From a virus, in IMG/VR virus record IMGVR_UViG_3300042447_000691: a stretch of 64,000 nt of DNA; one strand, given 5' to 3'. Below, piece after piece: positions 9,903-20,260 of the stretch; positions within the stretch are counted from its first letter, which is position 1; each line of letters opens with the position of its first letter. The notes beneath the pieces were generated by a model. The model made no database searches and had not been told where the DNA came from. It saw nothing but the letters and a program-made list of their open reading frames with translations. The position numbers and the translations under genes were made by a program.

Positions 9903-10649
9903 TTATTTGCTATGTATTTTTTTTAACGTTTGTAAATATAATACTTTATACTTTTTTAAATAAATTCTTATCTCTTTGGTATTCATATTAGTCATCTCCC
10001 TTAAAGAGAGTAGGACGATATTTTTATTAAACTTATTATTGTCGTTTCCGATAAAGATATTTCCGTAATTATCAAAAAGATCTATCAAAGCAATCCCCAA
10101 TTTAAATTCGTTTTCGTTCAAGTTATTATCCGATACATAAACTTTTAATTCTGATTTAAAAATATCTATTATTTTTTCCGCATCTATAGTTTCAAATTCC
10201 ATGTAATAAACCATATCGGGTCTATTCTCTAAAGTCGATGAAATGTCGTCATATGATATTTTTCTATTTGTCTCTTTTTGTTCTTTCTGTATTTGACCCA
10301 TTAAGTAGTTTTTACATATGGTACCAAAATAGGAATATGCTTTTTTGTTTTTTGCGGGTTTAAATTTATCTATTTTTGTTATAAGAAAAGAGTGAGTATC
10401 CGAGTGGTTATCCGAATACTCCATGTCCTTTCTGTATAATTTATATCTTCGAATAATTGATTCTATCATTTTATTCAAAGGATCTCTCAAGAAATTATTA
10501 TATATCTCTTCTTTTTCTTCTTTAGATTCTGCGATTAAATACCTTTTCACCGCATCTTCCTCACGGACATCAAAATAATTTACTTTTTTAGGTTTTGATT
10601 CCGTCTTATTTATAGCGTCACTATTTTCGTCGATTTTAACAACCGACAT
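9903..10649 (-). CDS. Phage sigma factor, T4 gp55-like late sigma (region 2 only)
   Basis: KIDKFKPAKNKKAYSYFGTICKNYL resembles the sigma region 2.3/2.4 F(D/K)P..G..(F/A)xYxxxxxxN; no region-4 HTH is evident. Confidence 0.65.
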   Translation of the reverse strand: MSVVKIDENSDAINKTESKPKKVNYFDVREEDAVKRYLIAESKEEKEEIYNNFLRDPLNKMIESIIRRYKLYRKDMEYSDNHSDTHSFLITKIDKFKPAKNKKAYSYFGTICKNYLMGQIQKEQKETNRKISYDDISSTLENRPDMVYYMEFETIDAEKIIDIFKSELKVYVSDNNLNENEFKLGIALIDLFDNYGNIFIGNDNNKFNKNIVLLSLREMTNMNTKEIRIYLKKYKVLYLQTLKKIHSK

Positions 10650-11461
10650 TAAGATCCTTGTGGTTCGTATTTTATATTTCTATCACTGGTAAAGAAATGT
10701 TCTTTTTTTGCTGAGTTGATCCAAAATACGACCTCATCGTCAGAAAGTTTCTCTTCACTATTTTTATAATTCCAAAATATTGAACCTTCTCTCATATTCA
10801 TATGCTTATATCCAATTTTTGGAATTGTCATAATTTTAACTGAGTTGTATGTTAATCTAAGTAAAAATTCATAAACAAATGTAAGTTTCATTGATTTTTT
10901 AAATCCACCTAAACTCTCAAAAACTTCTTTATCAATAACCATTCCTGATGATTGAAAATTTTGATATGTTAATAATAGATCATTTGTTAAGTGTCCCATA
11001 TCCGAAGTCATACTAGCAGCAAATGTTGCCTCATTTGTAAAACCAACAAATACACCTTTATCATCAGTATCCACTACTAAAGGTAAAAATACTGAAACAT
11101 CATCATAAGATTCAACAAACCTTTTTACGTTTTTAAACCATATGGTTGCATATTCATCATCAAATTCTAAAACAGAAACCCATTTACTTTTTGCGTTTTT
11201 AACACCTAAATTAACCTGTGTTGAGAAATCAAACTCACCTTTGTTCTCAACCAAATTTACGTTTAGATCTCCAAAATCAAAAGATGAAAGTTTATTACTT
11301 AATAATTCTTCATCTGTATGAACAATTACTAATTCGTTTATTCCTGTTAATTGTAACTGTAAAGATTTAATACATCTTTCGAAAAAATCGTCAAACGACG
11401 AGTGTACTGCTGAGCTTATTGGTAATATTACCGATACGTCAAATTTTGTTTGTGTTTCCAT
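10649..11461 (-). CDS. Glycosyltransferase family 2
   Basis: SVILPI..NLG...AKSKWVSVLEFDDEY GT-A pattern. Confidence 0.85.
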   Translation of the reverse strand: METQTKFDVSVILPISSAVHSSFDDFFERCIKSLQLQLTGINELVIVHTDEELLSNKLSSFDFGDLNVNLVENKGEFDFSTQVNLGVKNAKSKWVSVLEFDDEYATIWFKNVKRFVESYDDVSVFLPLVVDTDDKGVFVGFTNEATFAASMTSDMGHLTNDLLLTYQNFQSSGMVIDKEVFESLGGFKKSMKLTFVYEFLLRLTYNSVKIMTIPKIGYKHMNMREGSIFWNYKNSEEKLSDDEVVFWINSAKKEHFFTSDRNIKYEPQGS

Positions 11462-11463
11462 AA

Positions 11464-12531
11464 TTAATTTTGTTCTTCTGAAATTTTAAGTTTATCTAAT
11501 TGATCTGAAAATAATTTAGACCTCACTTCAAAATACTTTTCGAAAGTGGTTAAAATTGACTCCTCATGTTTTTTAGTGTCTTGATATTTTACAGCGGTTT
11601 CTGCCATTTTTTCATAAAGTTCAGGTGATATGTTATCTTCTAACCAATTTTGTGTGAAATTAGCAACAACATCAATAATTTCGTTTAATTGGTAAGTCCA
11701 AACACCATTACTTTCCTCCATCCATTCAGGTTTCATATTAGGAACCTTACCGATTACAGGTGTACCCGACACCATAGATTCTAAAGGGTATGTTCCAAAG
11801 GCAGACTCATCATCAACCCATACAGACACATAAGAATCTTTTAAAAATTTTGCAAAATCTTCTTGTTTAATTCCTCTCATATCTCTAAACGTAATCCATC
11901 TAAATTGTGGAAACTTCAGGTAAAAACTTTTAATAATTTTTGCAGTATTTCTTGGGTCTCTTGTATGAATAGAAATGATTGGTTTTGATGGTTTTTCTTT
12001 TTTGGTAAAGTAATTGGAGATTGTAGGTTCGATAACATCTACACTAGAATTTCTCATGATTTCTTTTATGTATTTTTTTTGTGTTTCAGAAGTTGTAATA
12101 ACTTTTGTAAACCCGTATTGTTGCCAAGTAGTACCAGGTGCTAACGTTTCTAACATATGATCATACGCTTGACACAAAACAATTTTTCCACACGGGAAAC
12201 TTTTAAGTTGATCCATAACGTGACCATAAAGTTCAGGTACAACAATAAAATCTTCAGGAGATATTGCTAAATTTTGACCTTCAATCGGTTGGTGAGGTAA
12301 GGTCATATATTCTTCACCTAGCCATTCAGATACTCCACTATATTCTTTACTTTCGTGAATGATAATTACGTTATAGTTTTTTCTGAATAGGGTCATTGCC
12401 ATTTCATACGTATACGCAATCGACGCCTTTGCGTTACCCTTTGTGTCTTGTACTAAGAAATAAATCCTAGCGGTTTTGTTTTTTAAATTTTCGATTGACA
12501 ACTCAACCTTTTCTACTTTTTCTACTTCCAT
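11464..12531 (-). CDS. Glycosyltransferase, GT-B (GT4-like)
   Basis: DESAFGTYPLESMVSGTPVIG, the GT4-type ExFGxxxxEAxxxG motif. Confidence 0.7.
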   Translation of the reverse strand: MEVEKVEKVELSIENLKNKTARIYFLVQDTKGNAKASIAYTYEMAMTLFRKNYNVIIIHESKEYSGVSEWLGEEYMTLPHQPIEGQNLAISPEDFIVVPELYGHVMDQLKSFPCGKIVLCQAYDHMLETLAPGTTWQQYGFTKVITTSETQKKYIKEIMRNSSVDVIEPTISNYFTKKEKPSKPIISIHTRDPRNTAKIIKSFYLKFPQFRWITFRDMRGIKQEDFAKFLKDSYVSVWVDDESAFGTYPLESMVSGTPVIGKVPNMKPEWMEESNGVWTYQLNEIIDVVANFTQNWLEDNISPELYEKMAETAVKYQDTKKHEESILTTFEKYFEVRSKLFSDQLDKLKISEEQN

Positions 12532-12535
12532 TTTT

Positions 12536-12823
12536 TTAAAGTGTTTTTAGTATGCTGTTTATTAATAAAGTGTTAAATGCGATTTTGAACGGAATACTTA
12601 GGTCTTTGGCTCCGTGAGCCCCCAATCCCTCATCCAATTCCTCTCTTTCCGTTAATATAACGTCAATCAATCCTTTAAAGGTTTCAAATCGAGTTACACT
12701 AATTTGTTGATCCATTGGTTCGGTTCCTCCTGTTACTACGGGAAGCATTGATTTTTCGTAACTAACTTGTTTTTCGAGTTCGTTAATATCTAAATAGTAA
12801 TTTTCCCCTAAAAATTTTAACAT
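12536..12823 (-). CDS. Hypothetical protein
   Basis: 95-aa ORF within the operon. Confidence 0.5.
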   Translation of the reverse strand: MLKFLGENYYLDINELEKQVSYEKSMLPVVTGGTEPMDQQISVTRFETFKGLIDVILTEREELDEGLGAHGAKDLSIPFKIAFNTLLINSILKTL

Positions 12824-13464
12824 ATATTTAATTTTTGTAAAACTTCGTCAAACTCCTTCAATGTTGAAATTTCATATTCACAGTCGACATTTTTATTATA
12901 ATTCGTGTTGTACTTAACTACGATTTTATCCTTTGGTTTTTCTAATAGTAGGTTAGGATTTGATGTAAGTAAAACGTCAATTTCATTCCACATTGAATTT
13001 ATTGTAACATTTGAGTAAAATTTTATCTTTTCTAACTGACACCCAAACTTAGATAGAAAAAAAAGTGATGCGGGTTTTGATCTACCCATCTCGTCAGAAA
13101 CAATTAACAACTCATTATTATCCCTATATTTTAAGTACACGTCGTTTAGGTCGTTAAAGGTAAACGTCTCAGTAGATCCGGCATGACCAAATATCTGCAT
13201 CGCAAAATCTTCATACATAAACGAATATAACTCATTTTCATCGTTAAATCTAAAATGATCCATTAAGTTTAAAGACGTAACATCACTCAAAATTTTATAT
13301 TCGAATTCTTCTGAAGACACTAATTCTTCGGTATTTCCAGATATGTCAACATCAAATGTTTTTGAGTCATCATCTTTTTCCTCAATCATATGTTTTTCAT
13401 ATAACTGAGTAAATTTACTAATGGTATCTCTTAATACTCCGTTAATCTCAATCCCTATTCTCAT
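12817..13464 (-). CDS. HAD-fold 5'(3')-nucleotidase-like protein with degenerate motif I
   Basis: RIGIEINGVLRD resembles IGIDxDGV, with both Asp replaced. Confidence 0.55.
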   Translation of the reverse strand: MRIGIEINGVLRDTISKFTQLYEKHMIEEKDDDSKTFDVDISGNTEELVSSEEFEYKILSDVTSLNLMDHFRFNDENELYSFMYEDFAMQIFGHAGSTETFTFNDLNDVYLKYRDNNELLIVSDEMGRSKPASLFFLSKFGCQLEKIKFYSNVTINSMWNEIDVLLTSNPNLLLEKPKDKIVVKYNTNYNKNVDCEYEISTLKEFDEVLQKLNIC

Positions 13465-14182
13465 CGTATTTTTTTAATATTTTAGTAATTAGTGGGTTTC
13501 TAACCACATCCTCATCTCCAAACTCAAACACACCAACATCAGGTACGCCTTTAAATTTATGTATTGCGTCGTACAATCCTGATTGTTTTTTATCTCGGTA
13601 TCTATCCGTTTGTTCAATGTCACCTGAGATAAAGAATTTACTATTAAATCCGATCCTTGTCAATAGTAATTTCATTTGATTCGGACTTGAGTTTTGTGAT
13701 TCTTCAAAAATAAGAATGGTATTATCTATATTCATACCTCTCATATACGCTAATGCGAATACCTCAATAATTTCAGCTTCCTTTAATTTCTCCCTTGATT
13801 CCTTACCTATAATTTTATTAAGTAGGTAATAAGACGGAAAAATATATGGATCTAATTTCTCCTCCAAGTTTCCAGGTAGTGACCCTAACTTTTCTTCCGC
13901 TTCAACTGCCGGTCTAACTATTACTAATTTTTCGTATCCATTGTTTGGATCCATAAGTAAATCAACCGCCGCTTTCATTGCAATATATGATTTACCAACA
14001 CCTGCGGGCCCTGAACAAATCGTTATTTGATTGTTTCTAAGTAAATTGTAATAATCTTCTTGGTGACTTGTTAGGAATTTGTTTTTTTGTTTTTTCTTAA
14101 TGATTGAATTAATGAAGTCCTTTTTTGAAAATGACTTAATCTCACTATCTTCAGTTTGTGGTTGTACTTTTCTTCTTGTCAT
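13448..14182 (-). CDS. phoH: PhoH family ATPase
   Basis: GPAGVGKS, RPAVEAEEKLGSLPG, YMRG, EESQN, SGDIEQTD. Confidence 0.95.
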   Translation of the reverse strand: MTRRKVQPQTEDSEIKSFSKKDFINSIIKKKQKNKFLTSHQEDYYNLLRNNQITICSGPAGVGKSYIAMKAAVDLLMDPNNGYEKLVIVRPAVEAEEKLGSLPGNLEEKLDPYIFPSYYLLNKIIGKESREKLKEAEIIEVFALAYMRGMNIDNTILIFEESQNSSPNQMKLLLTRIGFNSKFFISGDIEQTDRYRDKKQSGLYDAIHKFKGVPDVGVFEFGDEDVVRNPLITKILKKYDENRD

Positions 14183-14183
14183 G

Positions 14184-15098
14184 CTATTTTCTTACAATAT
14201 TATAATTTTTTTCAAAAAATTCAATAGTTTCTTTTAGTCCCTCATATAGTGGTGTGAATTTAAAATCAGGTAAATAATTTTTTATCTTACTATTATCACT
14301 TGGTTTTCTAAATTGACCATCTGGTTTATCAGTATCCCAAGTTACGTTACCTTTATAATTCATTAACTCAACTATTATTCCAACCACCTCTTTAATTGAT
14401 ATTTCTTCGGACGTTGAGAGTATTATTGGTTCGGATTCGGTGTAGTTATCTAAAACCCATTCGGTTAGTTTTGCAACATCCTTACTAAATATGAACTCCC
14501 TTAATGGTTTACCTGTGCCCCATATTTCAAAATTAGTTTTATTTTCTCTCGCTAAATAACACTTATGGATTAATGATGGTATTACGTGTCCGTTTTCTAT
14601 GTTGTAGTTATCGTTTGGTCCATATATGTTAGTTGGTATCACCGATTTATAGTTTAACCCATACTGTTCTTTATATGATCTGATTTGGATATCCGCCATT
14701 CGTTTTGCGTAGGCGTAAGCGTCGTTTGATGTGTGGGGTGGACCTAAATGTATTTTCGATTCAGTAAGTGGATACTCTACGTTATCTGGAAATATACATG
14801 TAGATAAAAAAGCAACTAAGTTTTTAACCTTAAATGATCTAGCGGATTCAATGATGTTTGTGTTCATCATAATATTATCGTAGAAAAACTCACCTTTGTA
14901 TTTCATATTACTACCAACACCACCAACTTTAGCGGCACAATGAATAATTCCATCAAAATGGTTTAAATCAAAAAATTCATTAACTTGACTTGTGTTTCTA
15001 AAATCAACATCTATTGATGTCGGCTTAATGTATTTTTTTTGCGCAAATTCAGTCCCTACTAAACCGTAACCACCCGTTACTAATATTTTATTTTCCAT
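14184..15098 (-). CDS. fcl: GDP-L-fucose synthase (epimerase/reductase)
   Basis: VTGGYGLVG, HCAAKVGG, STCIFP, YAYAKR, PTNIYGPNDN, WGTGKPLREF. Confidence 0.93.
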   Translation of the reverse strand: MENKILVTGGYGLVGTEFAQKKYIKPTSIDVDFRNTSQVNEFFDLNHFDGIIHCAAKVGGVGSNMKYKGEFFYDNIMMNTNIIESARSFKVKNLVAFLSTCIFPDNVEYPLTESKIHLGPPHTSNDAYAYAKRMADIQIRSYKEQYGLNYKSVIPTNIYGPNDNYNIENGHVIPSLIHKCYLARENKTNFEIWGTGKPLREFIFSKDVAKLTEWVLDNYTESEPIILSTSEEISIKEVVGIIVELMNYKGNVTWDTDKPDGQFRKPSDNSKIKNYLPDFKFTPLYEGLKETIEFFEKNYNIVRK

Positions 15099-16065
15099 AA
15101 TATTTTAACCAATATTCAACCATCTCATCTAACATGGTTTCAAATGTATATGAAGGTTGCCAGGTTAATTCTTTTCTTAATTTTGACGAATCACCTTTTA
15201 AGTTTTCCAATTCTTCAGGTCTAAAATGTTTCTCATCAACAACGATGTAATCTAAATAATTTAAACCCAATGAACTAAAAACGTATTCACATAAGTCTTT
15301 TACTGAATGAGAAACACCTGTTGCACACACATAATCATCTGGTTTATCTGATTGTAACATTAACCACATTGCTTCAACATAATCTTTGGCGTGTCCCCAA
15401 TCCCTCGTTGCTGATAAATTACCTATATGTAATTTGTCTTGTAATCCTAAACTTACTCTAACCGCCGCTTTAACAACTTTATTAGTTACGAAGTTTGTTC
15501 CACGTCTTGGTGATTCATGATTAAATAGAATACCATTCCATATTTTCATTCCATACGAATTTCTATAGTTTCTACAAATATTATATGAAAATACTTTAGC
15601 ACAACCATACGGAGATACCGGATCCATCGGAGTTGTTTCTCTTTGGTACCCGTCCTTGTCAATATTATTACCAAACATTTCAGAAGAAGATGCTTGATAA
15701 ATTTTTGAGTGGGGTGATACCATTCTTACTGATTCCAATAGATTTAGAGTTCCTAACCCTGTTGCGTTTGCGGTATATATTGGTTGATCGAAACTAACCC
15801 TAACGTGTGATTGTGCTGCTAAATTATAGATCTCATCCGGTTGCACCATTTGTAATACCCTAACTAAAGAAGCCATATCTGTTAGATCGGCATATTCTAA
15901 TTTAACTTTATTATTATCTCTAAGTTTATCAATCCTATTAGATTGCGTTTCTGAAACCGAATTTCTTTTTACTGTTCCCCAAACCTCATACCCCTTACTA
16001 ACTAAAAATTCCGCAAGGTAAGATCCATCCTGACCGTTAATACCGGTAATTAACGACTTTCTCAT
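15088..16065 (-). CDS. gmd: GDP-mannose 4,6-dehydratase
   Basis: ITGINGQDGSYLAEFL, YNLAAQSHV, YQASSSEMFG, SPYGCAK, NGILFNHESPRRG. Confidence 0.97.
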   Translation of the reverse strand: MRKSLITGINGQDGSYLAEFLVSKGYEVWGTVKRNSVSETQSNRIDKLRDNNKVKLEYADLTDMASLVRVLQMVQPDEIYNLAAQSHVRVSFDQPIYTANATGLGTLNLLESVRMVSPHSKIYQASSSEMFGNNIDKDGYQRETTPMDPVSPYGCAKVFSYNICRNYRNSYGMKIWNGILFNHESPRRGTNFVTNKVVKAAVRVSLGLQDKLHIGNLSATRDWGHAKDYVEAMWLMLQSDKPDDYVCATGVSHSVKDLCEYVFSSLGLNYLDYIVVDEKHFRPEELENLKGDSSKLRKELTWQPSYTFETMLDEMVEYWLKYYGK

Positions 16066-16922
16066 TTTTTAATTAAGTTTTCATATTTATCAATATTTTT
16101 CAATAAGTATGATGGGTAAGTATCATCAATCTCAACCTTAGTTAATTTACCTCTAAAAAACGGGTCTGTATTCGACATAATGTTATTTTTAACATTATCT
16201 TTATAATATGATTTATTATATTCTTGATGAGCGTAAGCTTCTATTTTTTCGATTACTTTAGATTCACCACCCATAAAACTAAAATGCCAACCACCATTAG
16301 AAATCGTTTTGGTTGTGTGTTTATTTTGTCTTAAACTATTTAAAGATATTGTTTTTAATTTTCCCCAAGTACAAGCTTTGGGTCCAGACCAATTTTTTTC
16401 TTTAAGTATATTCACATAATAATAATACATGTTTTGGTTAAAGTTAAAAACGTCACCACCAATATTTTTCATTTTTTCTATTTCCATTGGATTAGGGATT
16501 TCATCTACATCGGATATAATAATAATATCATTATCGTTACAATTAATCAAACCTTTAATTATTGATTCTCTTTGATAAGTTTCAATACCCCACTGTGTTT
16601 CATGTCGTGGCCAGTTAGGTGATTCGTCAACACGTTTTAATATTTTATTTTTCAATAGTTCTTCATCTGTTATTGGATTATTAAAATAATTTATCGTCAA
16701 AAAACTACTTGGTGAATCATCAATAATAACGTGGATTATTTTATCGTTAAACTTATCAAACAAATGTCTATTTTCTTGGAAGAATAATTGTTTAGGTTTA
16801 GAACTAAAAGTTACTGTAGATTCGACAACGACAAAATAATCTACAACATCGTTTAAAATATTCATTCTCAATTCAAGTAATTCTAATTCATTAAAGAATA
16901 AAAAAGCATCATATATTTTCAT
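16062..16922 (-). CDS. Glycosyltransferase family 17-like
   Basis: IYDAFLFFNELELLELR, SDVDEIP, GGWHFS(F)MG. Confidence 0.85.
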   Translation of the reverse strand: MKIYDAFLFFNELELLELRMNILNDVVDYFVVVESTVTFSSKPKQLFFQENRHLFDKFNDKIIHVIIDDSPSSFLTINYFNNPITDEELLKNKILKRVDESPNWPRHETQWGIETYQRESIIKGLINCNDNDIIIISDVDEIPNPMEIEKMKNIGGDVFNFNQNMYYYYVNILKEKNWSGPKACTWGKLKTISLNSLRQNKHTTKTISNGGWHFSFMGGESKVIEKIEAYAHQEYNKSYYKDNVKNNIMSNTDPFFRGKLTKVEIDDTYPSYLLKNIDKYENLIKK

Positions 16923-17830
16923 ATCAATTTTTTGTTTTTGTAATAATTTATTGCTTCAGTTTTACATGTTTCATAATCAGATAAATTACCTTCTCTATCC
17001 ATGTATGTGAAACATCTGGTGTAAGCGTCACCGGTTGCCCAATAACCATTACTAACGTTATGTCTAGACCAATACTTAGGTGCGATTATTTTGTTGGTGT
17101 TTTCATTTAACCACGCGGCCCACCAACCAAACGTTGAATTTGAGATGATTAACCATTTGGCTTGATTAACAACATAAAAATCAAAACCTACATCCACATG
17201 TATTGATTGTATTTGGAATGGCATAAAACTATCGGCACATTGTACATCATCAGTTATTAATAAAAATCTCATATTAGGATTTATCGATAACATATGGTCT
17301 ATAGCATTTTTCCAATATTCTTTTCTTAATAAAACGTTTGGGATATTTCTGTATTCACCGCCCCTAAAATTAATGACACATAAATTATCATCTAAAGTAA
17401 TACCCATATCAGATAACAAACTATCATAATGGTTTTTTGATTCTACTTTAATTTCGAACCATTTTTTAATGTCTTCTTTTCTATCTATTATGTAGTCTTC
17501 TGATTGGTAAATTCCACCTTTGGCTCCATTATGACCAAGCATAATTGTGTTATCACTAATATGATATAGCGACTCATTTAACATTGTTATATTAACTTCA
17601 TCCACATGGTGTATAGTCCTCCATGGCTCATGATATTCGTTTGTTATTCCTTCGACTGTTTTACCAAAGTCTACATTCATAAACGTCATTTGGCTTTGAC
17701 CATTAAAATAATCATGGCTAGTTGTGGGGTTTATACCCCACTCGTAACCTAGTTTTTCGGATATGGTCCTACATACAGCATATTGCCACATATGGTTACC
17801 TAAATTACCTGTTAAATTGGTTGTTATCAT
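16919..17830 (-). CDS. Glycosyltransferase family 11 (alpha-1,2-fucosyltransferase-like)
   Basis: GNLGNHMWQYA, INFRGGEY, IISNSTFGWWAAWL. Confidence 0.85.
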   Translation of the reverse strand: MITTNLTGNLGNHMWQYAVCRTISEKLGYEWGINPTTSHDYFNGQSQMTFMNVDFGKTVEGITNEYHEPWRTIHHVDEVNITMLNESLYHISDNTIMLGHNGAKGGIYQSEDYIIDRKEDIKKWFEIKVESKNHYDSLLSDMGITLDDNLCVINFRGGEYRNIPNVLLRKEYWKNAIDHMLSINPNMRFLLITDDVQCADSFMPFQIQSIHVDVGFDFYVVNQAKWLIISNSTFGWWAAWLNENTNKIIAPKYWSRHNVSNGYWATGDAYTRCFTYMDREGNLSDYETCKTEAINYYKNKKLI

Positions 17831-17831
17831 T

Positions 17832-18689
17832 TTAATTGTCGTTTAAAAAATTTATTAATGATCTTTTTTTAGAATCAACATACGATTTAGTACACCACTC
17901 ACACCAATTTGAGGATTTAAAGTGTATTAGTGTTTTAATATTATTAATTTCAATAAAATCAAGATAGTATGGTTTAGGAAACTCATATTTTTTTAAAATA
18001 TTATACATTTCTTTATAACGATAAATAACCCGATTAGATTTGTTTATTTTATCTATTGGGTAATTATTGGGTTTGTCCCATTTAACTATGTCATCACCAT
18101 CAAATTCAACCACACAATCATTATTTAGTCCACCACTAATAACATTACCAACAACATCGTATATCATAAATAAATTAAAGTGTTTTTTTGTGTATTTATC
18201 GTCATTAGTTAATAAAGATGATTGACCAAACGTGTCGGTACCATGAATGACGTGAGGTCTAAAATCTAAATTTAGATCTATTTTTTGAGTATTAATACCA
18301 AAAACCCCAGACCACATTAACACCTTATCAGGTTGGTATGTTGGTATATAAAATAAGTCGTGGTTAAATAATTCGTCTACGTTAAAGTCATTTATAAAAA
18401 ACATGTCAGAATCAATTTTAAAAACATATTTTTTATTAAGATATTTAAACGATTCATTTAATGCGTTTCCCGCAATATAACTTGGTTGTGTATTGTAATT
18501 AACACTTATTTTTATATTTTTTATACCTAATTCTTCACAAACAACTTCATTTCTTTTTGACTGATCGTTTGTTGATGCGTTGTTAAATACGATATATTCA
18601 TAATTGCCCCTAACATATTTTTTTATTGAATTATATTGTAATTTTATAAAATCCTCATGTCTATCAAATATGGATATGATTGTGACCAT
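17832..18689 (-). CDS. Putative GT-A glycosyltransferase-like protein
   Basis: IVFNNA and KIDSDMF (DxD) motifs; lies in the glycan operon. Confidence 0.45.
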   Translation of the reverse strand: MVTIISIFDRHEDFIKLQYNSIKKYVRGNYEYIVFNNASTNDQSKRNEVVCEELGIKNIKISVNYNTQPSYIAGNALNESFKYLNKKYVFKIDSDMFFINDFNVDELFNHDLFYIPTYQPDKVLMWSGVFGINTQKIDLNLDFRPHVIHGTDTFGQSSLLTNDDKYTKKHFNLFMIYDVVGNVISGGLNNDCVVEFDGDDIVKWDKPNNYPIDKINKSNRVIYRYKEMYNILKKYEFPKPYYLDFIEINNIKTLIHFKSSNWCEWCTKSYVDSKKRSLINFLNDN

Positions 18690-19357
18690 TAACTTATTTC
18701 GTATAACATATTATTATTTATTTTGAAATTACATGACCATATAGTGTATAATGACCTTTCCACAATATGTGATTCTATCGGTAATGTTTCGTACCCAACG
18801 AACTTACGAAGATTTTTATAGAATTCTATGTTGTACTTTAAAATGTTATTTTTAGGTACCACATAATTACCTCCAGGGGCAAACGTAACGTAATCAGGAT
18901 GAAAAGGATCCTCAAATATTGTATTTAAAAAATCATTATAACCCTTAAAATATTTTTTAGGGTGTTGGGTATTCATATACCAACCGTTATTGATTTCGCT
19001 AAAATACCCATCACTAGAAAACATGCAAATCGGCATATATGGGGTGTGTAATTTGTAGTCGAATATTGGAGTAAAAAACTGATTATTCATTAATGATTCA
19101 AACACCTCTTTACTGACGTGTCTTGGGAAAACATTTCCTTTTACAAATGTTGTATACTCAGGTAAATCCCCATAATTATCAATGATAAATGTCATCATAT
19201 CATAAATGTTATAACCAACATTAGGTGATTTAATAACGTTTAAACCATCTAAATTAGGATTGTTGTCACTTCTATCATATATCACATAAGGGTTGTCATA
19301 TTCTTTAACCCAATTTACGTCGTTATTGAAATTTGAAATGCATAAAAAATTTTTCAT
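18689..19357 (-). CDS. DUF3431-like glycan-associated protein
   Basis: W......YVIYD..NVG.NIY..FI..NY..LPEYT.F..G..FPRH, FAPGGNYVV, H..ER. Confidence 0.6.
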   Translation of the reverse strand: MKNFLCISNFNNDVNWVKEYDNPYVIYDRSDNNPNLDGLNVIKSPNVGYNIYDMMTFIIDNYGDLPEYTTFVKGNVFPRHVSKEVFESLMNNQFFTPIFDYKLHTPYMPICMFSSDGYFSEINNGWYMNTQHPKKYFKGYNDFLNTIFEDPFHPDYVTFAPGGNYVVPKNNILKYNIEFYKNLRKFVGYETLPIESHIVERSLYTIWSCNFKINNNMLYEIS

Positions 19358-19387
19358 AATTAATTAAAATATTTAAAGTTTGTTTTA

Positions 19388-20155
19388 TCATATTTTGTAT
19401 TTAACCCAATAATGTACTTCATTATTTGGGTTATCATCGATTTTTATAATCGGAGATGTAATATTTCGTTTACTCCTAAAGTCCTCAATAGCCATTTTAC
19501 ACCCCATATGATAATAATCATCAACTATACAATACCCCCCAACGGAAAGCTTATCATATAATGATTCTAAAACCTGTATTGTTGATTCATACATATCACC
19601 ATCTAATCTTAAAATAGATATTTTATCAACAGGAAAATTAGGCATCGTATCTTTAAACCAACCCTTAACAAAAATTACGTTATCATCTAATAATTTAAAT
19701 TTTTTAAAATTGTTTTTAACGTCATCTAATGAAACACTCAACATTGGGTCTAAATAATGCGTATCGTTTGTATCTTGATGGTACTCCGGACTTGGTTTTG
19801 GTAAACCTTCAAATGAGTCCGCACAATACACTTTTCTATTTGTGTCTAATTCGTTGTAAATTGACTTTGCTAAAATACATGCTCCCCCTTTCCAAACTCC
19901 AGTCTCAACAAAATCTCCCTCAATATTATTTTCTATGGTTTTTTTAATTACCTCATGGATGTTTTCTAATGCCGTCCAAGGTAGTAGAGTTAATCTATAT
20001 TTTTCACCCCAATTAATTAATGGGTGAAATGGTGTTGTAGACACTATGTGTGAGATTTCATCTTCAGATAACTCTTCATCATTAAAAAATTTTTTATGAT
20101 AAAAACTTAAATTTTCTGAGTCTACAATTAATCTTTTTACTAATTCTGATTTCAT
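19388..20155 (-). CDS. TylF/MycF family sugar O-methyltransferase
   Basis: GDFVETGVWKGG, DSFEGLP, VKGWFKDT, LRLDGDMYEST, IVDDY. Confidence 0.9.
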   Translation of the reverse strand: MKSELVKRLIVDSENLSFYHKKFFNDEELSEDEISHIVSTTPFHPLINWGEKYRLTLLPWTALENIHEVIKKTIENNIEGDFVETGVWKGGACILAKSIYNELDTNRKVYCADSFEGLPKPSPEYHQDTNDTHYLDPMLSVSLDDVKNNFKKFKLLDDNVIFVKGWFKDTMPNFPVDKISILRLDGDMYESTIQVLESLYDKLSVGGYCIVDDYYHMGCKMAIEDFRSKRNITSPIIKIDDNPNNEVHYWVKYKI

Positions 20156-20169
20156 ATTTTTTTAAAAAA

Positions 20170-20198
20170 AATATAATAAATTTATTATTTTAAGTAAA
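20170..20198 (-). promoter_or_regulatory. Putative sigma70-like (early/middle) promoter inside the glycan cluster
   Basis: Minus strand TTTACT-N17-TATATT in the ~100-bp gap upstream of the TylF gene. Confidence 0.4.
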
Positions 20199-20260
20199 CA
20201 ATCGATTATAAAAATTTAAAACATTATAATTACCCTCATAAAATATAGTATTTAAAGTTA

